64,000 bases of DNA from an uncultured virus (IMG/VR IMGVR_UViG_3300030019_000024) (IMGVR_UViG_3300030019_000024), one strand, 5' to 3'; shown: positions 50,813 through 59,696, counted from the stretch's first letter. Numbers and translations: made by a program. Notes: generated from the letters alone by a model not told the origin.

Positions 50813-51406
50813 TTAATTAAACCACCCACCTGTTCCACCACCATGAACACGCTTAAAGTTTCCTGGTTCGTTTTTGCTATTTTTATATACTTCACAATCA
50901 TCACCTTCCTTATCAAATATTAATTTAACATTATCACCTACTTGTGGTCTTTTAGAACTATTAAAAAGTGATGTACTAATATTAAGTTTAACTACATTAC
51001 CATTATTATCATTTACATAACACTTGTAATGTGGATCATTTTTATCATATACGTAATGCCTTTCTTCTATAACACCATTAACAGTTTTATTTGAATATTC
51101 AATATTTGGAATTTTTTTACCATCGTGATTTTTAATAGTTACGCTTGTACAAGATGCAAGGAAAATTAAACCAGCTATTAATAAATGTTTCATATTTAAT
51201 TCTTCATTTTGTTTAGGGAAAAGTTCATCATAATATTCATTAATTCTATCTTCTGACCAATTTTTAACATCATCTGCATCTAATCCAACACCATTGTCTT
51301 GACTATTAATATATTTAATAATATCTGATAATTTGCTTTCAATACTCTTTGTTAGATTTGGTGTATATTCTTCATTGAATGTTTTCCAATTTTTAACGTT
51401 TTTCAT
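50813..51406 (-). CDS. Protein with N-terminal WKTFNEE motif and internal lipoprotein-like signal
   Basis: MKNVKNWKTFNEE; internal MKHLLIAGLIFLASC. Confidence 0.55.
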   Translation of the reverse strand: MKNVKNWKTFNEEYTPNLTKSIESKLSDIIKYINSQDNGVGLDADDVKNWSEDRINEYYDELFPKQNEELNMKHLLIAGLIFLASCTSVTIKNHDGKKIPNIEYSNKTVNGVIEERHYVYDKNDPHYKCYVNDNNGNVVKLNISTSLFNSSKRPQVGDNVKLIFDKEGDDCEVYKNSKNEPGNFKRVHGGGTGGWFN

Positions 51407-51410
51407 ATTA

Positions 51411-52205
51411 TTATTTGTTTTTATATATACGATTGTATTCTTCTATTACATCGTCATCTTCCCATTTATCAATTTCTTTTCTTGAATATGAAGAACCATC
51501 ATCTTGTGAATTTAAATATTGCAAAACTTTATCACGCATTTCTTCAATTGTTATATCATTTTCACCACCCATATAAAAAAATTCTTCATTGAATGTTTTC
51601 CAAGATTGAATTATTCTTCCATTGTTTGAACTTTCTTTATAATTAGTAGTGTATAAGTTTTCTATTTTATTGATTGCTTTTGTTCTTTTAGTTTTAGCAT
51701 TCTTTTTATTTTTCATTGTTCTACCAGCTTTTCCTTTTGTGTACATTCCACCATTTGAACCTATATCACCGCTACCTTTTTTACTACCAGCAACGTCACC
51801 AGGTTTAGATGATGGTTGTGCTGAAACTATTGGACCCATACCACTTGTATTAGCAAGTGTTGCACTTGATGTTCCTGAACCTGTTGAAAAAGAACTACCT
51901 GAATCATATCCACTGACAGCACTACCCATTGCACTTGTATATGAACCCGATGCACCACCACCAACAGCAGTACCACTTCCTACAACAGCAGTTGTAGAAC
52001 CATCAGATTCATTAACACCTTTTGTACTAATCAAGACATTATTATAAAATTTATCTAATTGATTGTCTTTTAATGCAGAAAGGTCATCATGGTCTGCGGA
52101 TGGATTATTAGGATTTTCATCATTATCCAATATGAATTGTATTTTTTCTTCTCTTGTTAATTCTTTATCTTCGAATCCTTCGAAATCTTCAAATTTTTTA
52201 ATCAT
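51411..52205 (-). CDS. Modular Gly/Ser-rich protein with N-terminal and internal motif copies
   Basis: MIKKFEDFE; internal IIQSWKTFNEE; C-terminal YLNSQDDG module shared with 50813. Confidence 0.6.
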   Translation of the reverse strand: MIKKFEDFEGFEDKELTREEKIQFILDNDENPNNPSADHDDLSALKDNQLDKFYNNVLISTKGVNESDGSTTAVVGSGTAVGGGASGSYTSAMGSAVSGYDSGSSFSTGSGTSSATLANTSGMGPIVSAQPSSKPGDVAGSKKGSGDIGSNGGMYTKGKAGRTMKNKKNAKTKRTKAINKIENLYTTNYKESSNNGRIIQSWKTFNEEFFYMGGENDITIEEMRDKVLQYLNSQDDGSSYSRKEIDKWEDDDVIEEYNRIYKNK

Positions 52206-52240
52206 TATTTTGGTTCTTATTTTTTATTATATATTTAAAT

Positions 52241-53893
52241 TTAAATTTCATAGTTCTTATTCTTTTCTGCATTATATTCATATGTACCATCATCGATCTT
52301 TCTATAATCTTGACCACCATCTTTAAGTATAACTCTTACTGAATTTTCAGGGTTTATTTTTTTACCATAATATTCTGAATAAACACCATTTTCAAAATAT
52401 TCATTTTCATCTTCATCATAATCATAATTCTTTTCAGCATAATCTAATGTAGCACTTTCACCGTTTGAAAGTGTTATATAATCATCATCTTTTCTAAATC
52501 TATCTTTAACAGATTCGTAGTGGTCACAATCTTTCATTTCATCGTCTCTATATTCATTTTCAATCCAAGAATTATAATAATCAGAATAATAACATTCTTC
52601 CTTTAATCTTTTGGTATCATTACCTGCATCACCTTCTAATACAAAATCACCACAGTCTACCATATTTTCATCTGCATAATCATTTGCTATATCAACACCA
52701 TAATGTTCAGAATAAAAGCAATCAGGATAATTTCTATAATCATCAGACCATTCACAATAACTATAATTACTAAAATCGTTTTCTACATCAATATATTCAC
52801 CATAATAAGCACTCCAAATTCCTATTGATTCAGTTCCACCATATGTATCAACTAATTTATCTATTTCATCACTTGTTGGAAATAAATTTTTATTATTAGA
52901 TAAAGCATTACCATTATAATATTTCATTGTATCCATGTATGGGTATTCACCTTCGCTATTAATACCATTAACCATTAAATTATGATAAATTATATCATGA
53001 ACTGCATCAATAATATGTGCATCTTCTTCCATATTTTGATACTTTTTATATAACCATTCGTTTTTTACAGCATATTTTATAAAGACATCTTTAAGATGTT
53101 CTTGTACATAATATATCCTATCCATGAATTTCTGTCCATTAGCTGCTTCTCCGTCCATTTCATCTAAGTTCCATACAATTGCTCTACCAATGATTAAATG
53201 TGTCTCTGATGGGTCTTTAAGGATTAATAAGGATATCTTATCAGGGTTAATAGCATAAAAATTTATATAATTAGCACATCTATCATATCTCATACAAGAA
53301 TCATGCAGTGATCCACTACCTGCATCCGAATAAAAACCTTCATTATAGTATTTTACTATATCTTGACCCTTAACTAATTCAAAATTTACGTTTAAATCAT
53401 TCAATGATTTAAACATATTAACAAAATCTTCAATTTCAGATGATGTGAATTCATCATCAAACAATTTTTTTACAATTCTACCAATCGTTGTTTCAGAACG
53501 ACCTTTACTTGAAAAATATTTTTCAGTACGGAACATTTTATTAGTAATATCAGTTAGGTCATAATCCGATAATGGTTCATCTCTTTTTAATTCTATCCCT
53601 AAATCTTTAGCTACAAGTTCAATTGCTTTACTTGATGTAAAAAATGAAATACCATCAAGAACTTTTTCTTCATTACTATCAGCTTTATCAATTAAATCTA
53701 ATAGTGTTATTTTAAATCTTTTGTCTTTATCAATCTTTTTATATGTTTGAAGTATTCTTGTTGCAATAGGATTATTCATATTTTTTAATACATAAATTAA
53801 TCTATTTGATAAAATAAGCATAACCCTATCATTTTTAACAGCTTCCATCAACATATCAAAATTATATTTATCAAAATTATTTATTATTTTCAT
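52241..53893 (-). CDS. Conserved phage protein (SCM...GRA..W...FMDRIY...YPYMDT family), paralog 1
   Basis: LHDSCMRY, IIGRAIVW, FMDRIY, YPYMDT; acidic Tyr-rich C-terminal repeats. Confidence 0.7.
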   Translation of the reverse strand: MKIINNFDKYNFDMLMEAVKNDRVMLILSNRLIYVLKNMNNPIATRILQTYKKIDKDKRFKITLLDLIDKADSNEEKVLDGISFFTSSKAIELVAKDLGIELKRDEPLSDYDLTDITNKMFRTEKYFSSKGRSETTIGRIVKKLFDDEFTSSEIEDFVNMFKSLNDLNVNFELVKGQDIVKYYNEGFYSDAGSGSLHDSCMRYDRCANYINFYAINPDKISLLILKDPSETHLIIGRAIVWNLDEMDGEAANGQKFMDRIYYVQEHLKDVFIKYAVKNEWLYKKYQNMEEDAHIIDAVHDIIYHNLMVNGINSEGEYPYMDTMKYYNGNALSNNKNLFPTSDEIDKLVDTYGGTESIGIWSAYYGEYIDVENDFSNYSYCEWSDDYRNYPDCFYSEHYGVDIANDYADENMVDCGDFVLEGDAGNDTKRLKEECYYSDYYNSWIENEYRDDEMKDCDHYESVKDRFRKDDDYITLSNGESATLDYAEKNYDYDEDENEYFENGVYSEYYGKKINPENSVRVILKDGGQDYRKIDDGTYEYNAEKNKNYEI

Positions 53894-55479
53894 TCTTTTA
53901 TATCTTCTTTTTTAACATCATTATCATATAAACGACCATGATAATTATAGTAAGTTCCATCACCATCTATTCTCCAATCTATTTCAGAATCTGTTTCATA
54001 TTCACCCTTTAGATTAGGTACTATATATACAAAAAGTGTATTTCCATCAGCACTGTGATCTAAATAAGAATTATAATGTTTTGACCAAATACCATCAAAA
54101 ACATTACCCTTTAAATATTCACTGTATTTTATATTATATGGTTTAGCGTAGTCAGTTGTAGAATATTTACCATTATATAATTTAATAGTATCTTCGGGAT
54201 TTCTTAATCTTTCAGATTCATCACCGTCATCATATCTATAATAATCACATTCAATCATATTATCTTTAGCATAATCTTTTGCTATATTTGCATGATAAAA
54301 ATCGGAATAGAAAAGATCATTATAAAATCTATAATCATCTATAAATGCACAACGTTCATATTCATTATCAGATAAATCAATATCCTTTTTATAAAAATCA
54401 CTCCATATAATATCAGAACCAACAGAAATATGACTTCCATCAGTACGATTTAATTTTCTATAACTATCATAACTATCTTCATCTATAACATAATTACTTA
54501 ATACCCCATTTGTATAAAATTTTAACGTGTCCATGTATGGATATGATTTATTATCATTAAAGTCTAATACTTCTAATTTTATAAATGAATTTTCATTATT
54601 CATTGGATCATGTAGGTAAGTATCTTCATACATGTCTTGTGAATATTTATATAACCATAAATTTTCTTCTGCATAACTTTTAAAGTGATTTTCTAAATAA
54701 TTTGATGTGGTGTATATTCTATCCATGAATATCCTTTCTGATGGTTTATCTAATGTCCAAACTAAAGCTCTACCAAGTATTTTAGAAGTATCTTGTTTAT
54801 TTTTCATAATTAATAAACTTACTTTATCAGGATTATTTGCATAAAATTGTATATATTTTGAACATATATTATGTCTCATACAAGAATTATTTAATGAACC
54901 TTCTGCAAGTGTATATGTATTTTCATTATAATATTTTACTATATCTTCACCATTAACCAATTCAAAATCAGGGTCTTCCCTAAAAGATTTATATAAATTA
55001 ACAAATTCTTCAACTTCTTTATCTGTAAATTTTTCAGGAAATAACTTTTTTACAACCCTACCTATTGATGTTTCAGACCTTCCTGTAATATCAAACATGC
55101 TTTTACCATATCTATATTTAGCTAACATAGAATTAAATTCTGCGTGTTGATTATTTGGTATAATCTTTCCTGGTTCCAAGGTAGTACCTAATAGTTTAGC
55201 AGCTAATGCATATGCTTTATTTGATTGCATAAATGAAATACTATCTAATATTTTTGTACCATCTGAATTTTCCTTATTATTTATATCTAATAAGGTAATT
55301 TTATAACCGTCATCACTCCAATTTCCATTAGCTGATAATAAATCAGATGCAATATCATTAGTCATAGCTCTTAATACTTGTACTAATTCCTTTGATAATA
55401 CTAATATTGCTGTATCAGATTTAAAATCTTCTACTATTAAATCTAATATGTATTCATCGTAATTATTTAATAAATTCAT
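53890..55479 (-). CDS. Conserved phage protein, paralog 2
   Basis: LNNSCMRH, ILGRALVW, FMDRIY, YPYMDT. Confidence 0.7.
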   Translation of the reverse strand: MNLLNNYDEYILDLIVEDFKSDTAILVLSKELVQVLRAMTNDIASDLLSANGNWSDDGYKITLLDINNKENSDGTKILDSISFMQSNKAYALAAKLLGTTLEPGKIIPNNQHAEFNSMLAKYRYGKSMFDITGRSETSIGRVVKKLFPEKFTDKEVEEFVNLYKSFREDPDFELVNGEDIVKYYNENTYTLAEGSLNNSCMRHNICSKYIQFYANNPDKVSLLIMKNKQDTSKILGRALVWTLDKPSERIFMDRIYTTSNYLENHFKSYAEENLWLYKYSQDMYEDTYLHDPMNNENSFIKLEVLDFNDNKSYPYMDTLKFYTNGVLSNYVIDEDSYDSYRKLNRTDGSHISVGSDIIWSDFYKKDIDLSDNEYERCAFIDDYRFYNDLFYSDFYHANIAKDYAKDNMIECDYYRYDDGDESERLRNPEDTIKLYNGKYSTTDYAKPYNIKYSEYLKGNVFDGIWSKHYNSYLDHSADGNTLFVYIVPNLKGEYETDSEIDWRIDGDGTYYNYHGRLYDNDVKKEDIKE

Positions 55480-55527
55480 TTTGATGTGTTTCTTTTTAAT
55501 TTATTATATATTAAAAATGAACAACAA

Positions 55528-55560
55528 AAAAAAAGGATTAACGTTTGTTAATCCTTTTTA
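55528..55560 (-). terminator. Intrinsic terminator
   Basis: AAAAGGATTAAC...GTTAATCCTTTT. Confidence 0.7.
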
Positions 55561-55909
55561 AAAGTTTAGTGAAAAAATTTTCTTTCTTTTCACAGTCATT
55601 TTTTATTTCAATCTGTATGTCTAAAATATGGTCATAATCCTTTTTTATGTACATCCATCTTTTATCATTGAGGTTAGACATCAATATTACATCATATCCT
55701 TGTAATATTGCATCTTTTACTGCAAATGTTTCCAAATCACGAACAAAATTGTCCTTTATTTTTATCTTATTACTATTATACATAGCACGTATGTCTTCTT
55801 TATCAATAAAAATATAAGTAGTATAATTTTTTTTTGTGTAATCTAAACCCCATTTTCGATTATTATTGTAATTTTCATTACTTAATAATATAATTTTTCT
55901 TCTTTCCAT
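55538..55909 (-). CDS. Degenerate polynucleotide-kinase-like protein
   Basis: IDKEDIRAM...A...GYDVIL..LN pattern but no P-loop. Confidence 0.35.
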   Translation of the reverse strand: MERRKIILLSNENYNNNRKWGLDYTKKNYTTYIFIDKEDIRAMYNSNKIKIKDNFVRDLETFAVKDAILQGYDVILMSNLNDKRWMYIKKDYDHILDIQIEIKNDCEKKENFFTKLLKRINKR

Positions 55910-57108
55910 TATGTTTGTATCTTTTCTTTTAATTTTACTAATAATAATCTTCTTTTTAGAAATATTAATGTTTCTATTATAGAATTTAGTATATATTCTT
56001 TTCTGTTATTATAACTCCACATATAGTTGTTTCCACCACCTAAAGTTTTAAATTCATTGTGTGTTTTTGAATATTCTTTTATTAATAAATTAATATCCAA
56101 TCCTTGTGATAAGAAAATTTGATATATTTCTAAAATATCTTTCTTATGATAACCATCAACCTTATATACAAATTCATTATACAATGATATTTCTTTAAAA
56201 ATGATAGTAGAATTACTATCATTTAGTAATCCAACTTCTACAAGTAATTTAAAATAAGATAAAAATTCACTATAATAACCACGTAAGTTATGCAAACCCC
56301 TTATCATAAACGTAATATGTGATTTTTTATTTTTTACTATATTTATGTAATTTATAATATCTGAATCGTAAAATTTTTTGCGAACATCCAAATATTGTGA
56401 TGGTGTAATAGTATCAATCACATAATCAAATAACATAGTATATTCAGAACATAAACTATAATTATCAAGTTTTATTAATAACTTTATTATCTGTGACTTA
56501 GTTAATGTTTTAATTATAAGTAAACTAAAAAATTCAATTAAATTTCTATCTGAATGATAATATAAATTTGAGTTAACTGATAATAATGAACTTAATAATT
56601 CATATAATCTTATCTGATTGTTTTTAATTGTTACTTTATCCCTTGGGTTTATAATATTATCAGTTAAATATCTATCTATTAATTTCAATGAATTAATTGT
56701 AGACTTTTTCGAAATATTATAATAAAGCAAAAGTGCTAAATTTCTTAATTCACCAAGTTTTTCTACCCTTTTGTAATAATCATAAAATGAATTACCTCTA
56801 TCATATAGTTTTAATATTTCATAATTGTATTTTATAATTCCTTTATACTTAGTATAATCAACTATCGGTTTTATACTAAAATATGAATCTTCTATATTTA
56901 TATGCTTATCAAAAATATATTTAAATACAGTATCATCTTTTTCTAATATAGAATCTATCCCTCTTTGATATCTATCTTGCGTAAATTTAGTAATATCTTG
57001 GGATTCTAATATTTCATCTATTAAATCAATATCAGTTGTTCTACCAATACTTCCTAATAATAAATAAGGGTATTCTTTAAGTTCTTCTACTGCTTTATAT
57101 TTGTACAT
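55909..57108 (-). CDS. Hypothetical helical protein
   Basis: 399-aa ORF; ends LKRRLLLVKLKEKI. Confidence 0.55.
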   Translation of the reverse strand: MYKYKAVEELKEYPYLLLGSIGRTTDIDLIDEILESQDITKFTQDRYQRGIDSILEKDDTVFKYIFDKHINIEDSYFSIKPIVDYTKYKGIIKYNYEILKLYDRGNSFYDYYKRVEKLGELRNLALLLYYNISKKSTINSLKLIDRYLTDNIINPRDKVTIKNNQIRLYELLSSLLSVNSNLYYHSDRNLIEFFSLLIIKTLTKSQIIKLLIKLDNYSLCSEYTMLFDYVIDTITPSQYLDVRKKFYDSDIINYINIVKNKKSHITFMIRGLHNLRGYYSEFLSYFKLLVEVGLLNDSNSTIIFKEISLYNEFVYKVDGYHKKDILEIYQIFLSQGLDINLLIKEYSKTHNEFKTLGGGNNYMWSYNNRKEYILNSIIETLIFLKRRLLLVKLKEKIQT

Positions 57109-57192
57109 AAAAAAAGATTATTTAATTCTACTATAATATACAAATATACTATAAAAGTTTTAAATAACCTTTCTATTTTATTAAAATTAATC

Positions 57193-57297
57193 TTATTTAA
57201 CGATAATTAATAATGTACAAGTTGGACATATATAATATACACCATCACCCGTTTGTATTAAAGTCATTTCAATTTGACAATTTGGACATGTTTTCAT
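57193..57297 (-). CDS. 34-aa zinc-ribbon microprotein (not in ORF track)
   Basis: MKTCPNCQIEM...YYICPTC; two CPxC motifs. Confidence 0.6.
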   Translation of the reverse strand: MKTCPNCQIEMTLIQTGDGVYYICPTCTLLIIVK

Positions 57298-57315
57298 TTC
57301 GTTAAATATATTTTG

Positions 57316-57389
57316 TGATCTGGAAGGGATTCAAACCCTTGACATTTTCATTAGAAGTGAAATGCTCTATTCAACTGAGCTACCAAACC
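57316..57389 (-). tRNA. tRNA-Arg(TCT)
   Basis: Cloverleaf; anticodon arm TTTCA-CTTCTAA-TGAAA. Confidence 0.9.
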
Positions 57390-57396
57390 ATTTTTG

Positions 57397-57467
57397 TTGT
57401 CCAACAAGGATTCGAACCTTGACACCAAGAACCAAAGACTTGTGTGCTACCATTACACCATCGGACA
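57397..57467 (-). tRNA. tRNA-Gln(TTG)
   Basis: Loop CTTTGGT; U1-A72. Confidence 0.9.
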
Positions 57468-57578
57468 ATTTAATGTTGTTACTATTATATATATATTATT
57501 CTTTTGGTCAAAAGTTTAATAAATAGTAAAAATAGTTTGTTCTTTTCTATTTAGAACAAAAAAGAACAAACTATAAAG

Positions 57579-57664
57579 AGCAGAAAAAGGGATTCGAACC
57601 TTCGGTGTGATATTATCTTTCCAGCTTGGAAGGCTGGCGAAATCGACCACTATGCGACTTCTGC
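57579..57664 (-). tRNA. tRNA-Gly(TCC) with long variable arm
   Basis: CCAGC-CTTCCAA-GCTGG; ~17-nt variable region; U73. Confidence 0.8.
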
Positions 57665-57683
57665 ATATAACATTTACATGTTG

Positions 57684-57755
57684 AGCAGATAACGGTAATC
57701 GAAACCGCATCCTCGGTATGGTAAACCGATGCACTAACCATTGTGCTATATCTGC
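57684..57755 (-). tRNA. tRNA-Gly(ACC)
   Basis: TCGGT-TTACCAT-ACCGA; G1-C72, C2-G71, U73. Confidence 0.85.
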
Positions 57756-57770
57756 ATATAATATTTAAAG

Positions 57771-57842
57771 AGCAGGTGAACAGAATCGAACTGTCATCCT
57801 GAGTTTGGAAAACTCACGCACTAACCATTGTGCTACACCTGC
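57771..57842 (-). tRNA. tRNA-Gly(TCC)
   Basis: TGAGT-TTTCCAA-ACTCA; U73. Confidence 0.9.
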
Positions 57843-57958
57843 GGTATTTTACGTCCTGGAAAGGACGGGTTCTACTGTTTTCCTTCATCCTGCAAAATCA
57901 TTTATAAATCATACTTATAAACATAATTGCAATACTTTAAAATTATTACTTTATATAA

Positions 57959-58702
57959 TTAAACTTTAATCCATTTTCTTATTGTATTATCACAAACACC
58001 ATATTTTCTACCTGTTCCACAATATCCTAATATTTCAACATCTTTAATTAATTGACTATGTTGGGGTCTATTTTCATTAGATTTTTCTAATCTGAATATT
58101 CCTTCACATTTTTTACATTTCATTGACCGTTTATCTATTTCTTTACCACAAGAACAAAAATTATTAGACTTTACTTTTGAATTATTTTTTGTTTTTTTTG
58201 TCACTATTGTTTTTAATTTTATTTTTGATTCTATTTTATTTATTTTATTTTTAGAACCAAAATTATCTGTTTGACTATGACAATTTGGACAAAGAACTTT
58301 TAAATTATTTAATTCATGATTTCTATTATCACCATCAATATGATGTAAATGTAAAGATATATCTTTATCACACCATTTAATTATACCACAATTTTCACAT
58401 TTATTTTCTTTAAGACCATTTTTTATTAATTTAATTCTTAATAAACCAATATTTGTATATGTGGATTTTTTTATTAAAATATCATCTAACGACATTATTT
58501 TACCAGGGTATTTATATTTTTCCCCTTTGTTCCATCCTTGACCTATAAAGTGTGAAATATCAATACTATATTTATTAATTAAATTATGTACTCTTTTATA
58601 ATTTCCACCTACTGGTCTTATATTTAACATTCTACAAACATCTGCAATCGAGAAAGATTCTTTAAATATTTTTTTTATTTCTTCTATATCAATAATTTTC
58701 AT
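57959..58702 (-). CDS. HNH homing-type endonuclease inside the tRNA array
   Basis: CENCG...LHLHHIDGD..N....NL..LCPNCHSQT; C-terminal zinc finger and HTH. Confidence 0.9.
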   Translation of the reverse strand: MKIIDIEEIKKIFKESFSIADVCRMLNIRPVGGNYKRVHNLINKYSIDISHFIGQGWNKGEKYKYPGKIMSLDDILIKKSTYTNIGLLRIKLIKNGLKENKCENCGIIKWCDKDISLHLHHIDGDNRNHELNNLKVLCPNCHSQTDNFGSKNKINKIESKIKLKTIVTKKTKNNSKVKSNNFCSCGKEIDKRSMKCKKCEGIFRLEKSNENRPQHSQLIKDVEILGYCGTGRKYGVCDNTIRKWIKV

Positions 58703-58771
58703 ATTTTTTTTTAATTATATATTATATAATTAATAGTCAAAAAAAAATATACATTTTGCGTTTATGCTTTG

Positions 58772-58852
58772 TACTTGTAGACGGGATCGAACCGTCACGC
58801 TTTTCAGCATATGTTCCTAAAACATAGGTGTCTACCATTCCACCATACAAGC
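58772..58852 (-). tRNA. tRNA-Leu(TAG)
   Basis: TATGT-TTTAGGA-ACATA; long variable arm. Confidence 0.9.
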
Positions 58853-58857
58853 ATATG

Positions 58858-58944
58858 TACTGATGATGGGAGTCGAACCCACACGCACCTTACGATGCAA
58901 CAGATTTTAAGTCTGTCATGTATTTCCAGTTTCATCACATCAGC
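58858..58944 (-). tRNA. tRNA-Leu(TAA)
   Basis: ACAGA-CTTAAAA-TCTGT. Confidence 0.9.
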
Positions 58945-58953
58945 ATATTATAG

Positions 58954-59036
58954 TAACTTAGATGGGATTCGAACCCATACGTCTTTCGACACTACATTTT
59001 GAGTGTAGCATGTTCTACCAATTTCATCACTAAGCC
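58954..59036 (-). tRNA. tRNA-Leu(CAA)
   Basis: CTACA-CTCAAAA-TGTAG. Confidence 0.9.
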
Positions 59037-59042
59037 ATTTTG

Positions 59043-59105
59043 TCGAAGGGTGAAGATTCGAACTTCAACAATAGCTAAATGCACCGCTATTTCCACATAC
59101 CTCCG
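59043..59105 (-). ncRNA. D-armless tRNA-like RNA
   Basis: Acceptor CGGAGG/CCTTCG, T-arm TGAAG-TTCGAAT-CTTCA, stem AATAGC-10 nt-GCTATT, no D stem. Confidence 0.6.
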
Positions 59106-59111
59106 TTATTG

Positions 59112-59198
59112 TACCTAAAGTGGGACTCGAACCCACACACCTACTTTATTCGGTAATAGCCTCTTAAACTATCGTGTCTACCATTCCACCATTTAGGT
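59112..59198 (-). tRNA. tRNA-Leu(AAG)
   Basis: ATAGT-TTAAGAG-GCTAT; long variable arm; A73. Confidence 0.85.
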
Positions 59199-59208
59199 AT
59201 TTATATTG

Positions 59209-59291
59209 TTGCGAAAATGGGATTCGAACCCATGAAATCTTACGATAACACCTTATGAGAGTGTCCTATTTGACCGCTTTAGTACTTCGCA
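59209..59291 (-). tRNA. tRNA-Met/Ile2(CAT) with extended variable arm
   Basis: ACACT-CTCATAA-GGTGT; variable hairpin ATC-GTAA-GAT. Confidence 0.8.
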
Positions 59292-59300
59292 ATATATTTG

Positions 59301-59373
59301 TTCCCCAACCAGGGTTCGAACCTGGATTACTGCATCCAAAGTGCTGTGTGGTTAGCCATTACACTATTGGGGA
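59301..59373 (-). tRNA. tRNA-Gln(TTG)
   Basis: Loop CTTTGGA; U1-A72. Confidence 0.85.
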
Positions 59374-59383
59374 ATATTTAAAG

Positions 59384-59467
59384 AGCCTTCTGTCAGATTC
59401 GAACTGACGTGTCTTATTCAGATCTTGATTACAAGTCAAGCGCAATCGACCACTATGCGAAGAAGGC
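59384..59467 (-). tRNA. tRNA-Thr(TGT) with long variable arm
   Basis: CTTGA-CTTGTAA-TCAAG; variable ATCTGAATAAGACAC. Confidence 0.8.
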
Positions 59468-59479
59468 ATTTTTATTTAA

Positions 59480-59557
59480 TGGTGGAGAATATCGGGTTCG
59501 AACCGATGACCCCTTGCTTGCAAAGCAAGTGCTCTAAGCCAACTGAGCTAATCCCCC
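59480..59557 (-). tRNA. tRNA-Ala(TGC), encoded CCA
   Basis: CTTGC-TTTGCAA-GCAAG; G3:U70. Confidence 0.95.
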
Positions 59558-59577
59558 ATTATTTACTTTTTAAAGTG

Positions 59578-59649
59578 TGGAGATGTGGGTAATTGAAACC
59601 CAATTTATTGGTTGCAAACCAATTGTAATAGCCGTTATACGACACCCCC
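59578..59649 (-). tRNA. tRNA-Ala(TGC), divergent copy
   Basis: ATTGG-TTTGCAA-CCAAT; G3:U70. Confidence 0.8.
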
Positions 59650-59696
59650 TTGTTGAATTTTTGTTTTTTTATAGAAAAAATTCTAAAATCTACTTG

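Noticed and set aside
57959..58702. HNH as IscB/OMEGA nuclease or group I intron ORF
   Set aside because: No RuvC or PLMP motifs, flanking tRNAs are uninterrupted, and no intron core is evident
58860..58880. CTGATGA hammerhead ribozyme core
   Set aside because: It is the reverse complement of the tRNA-Leu(TAA) acceptor/T stem
57516..59002. ORF-track entries 57516-57734 and 58811-59002
   Set aside because: They overlap tRNA genes and are spurious
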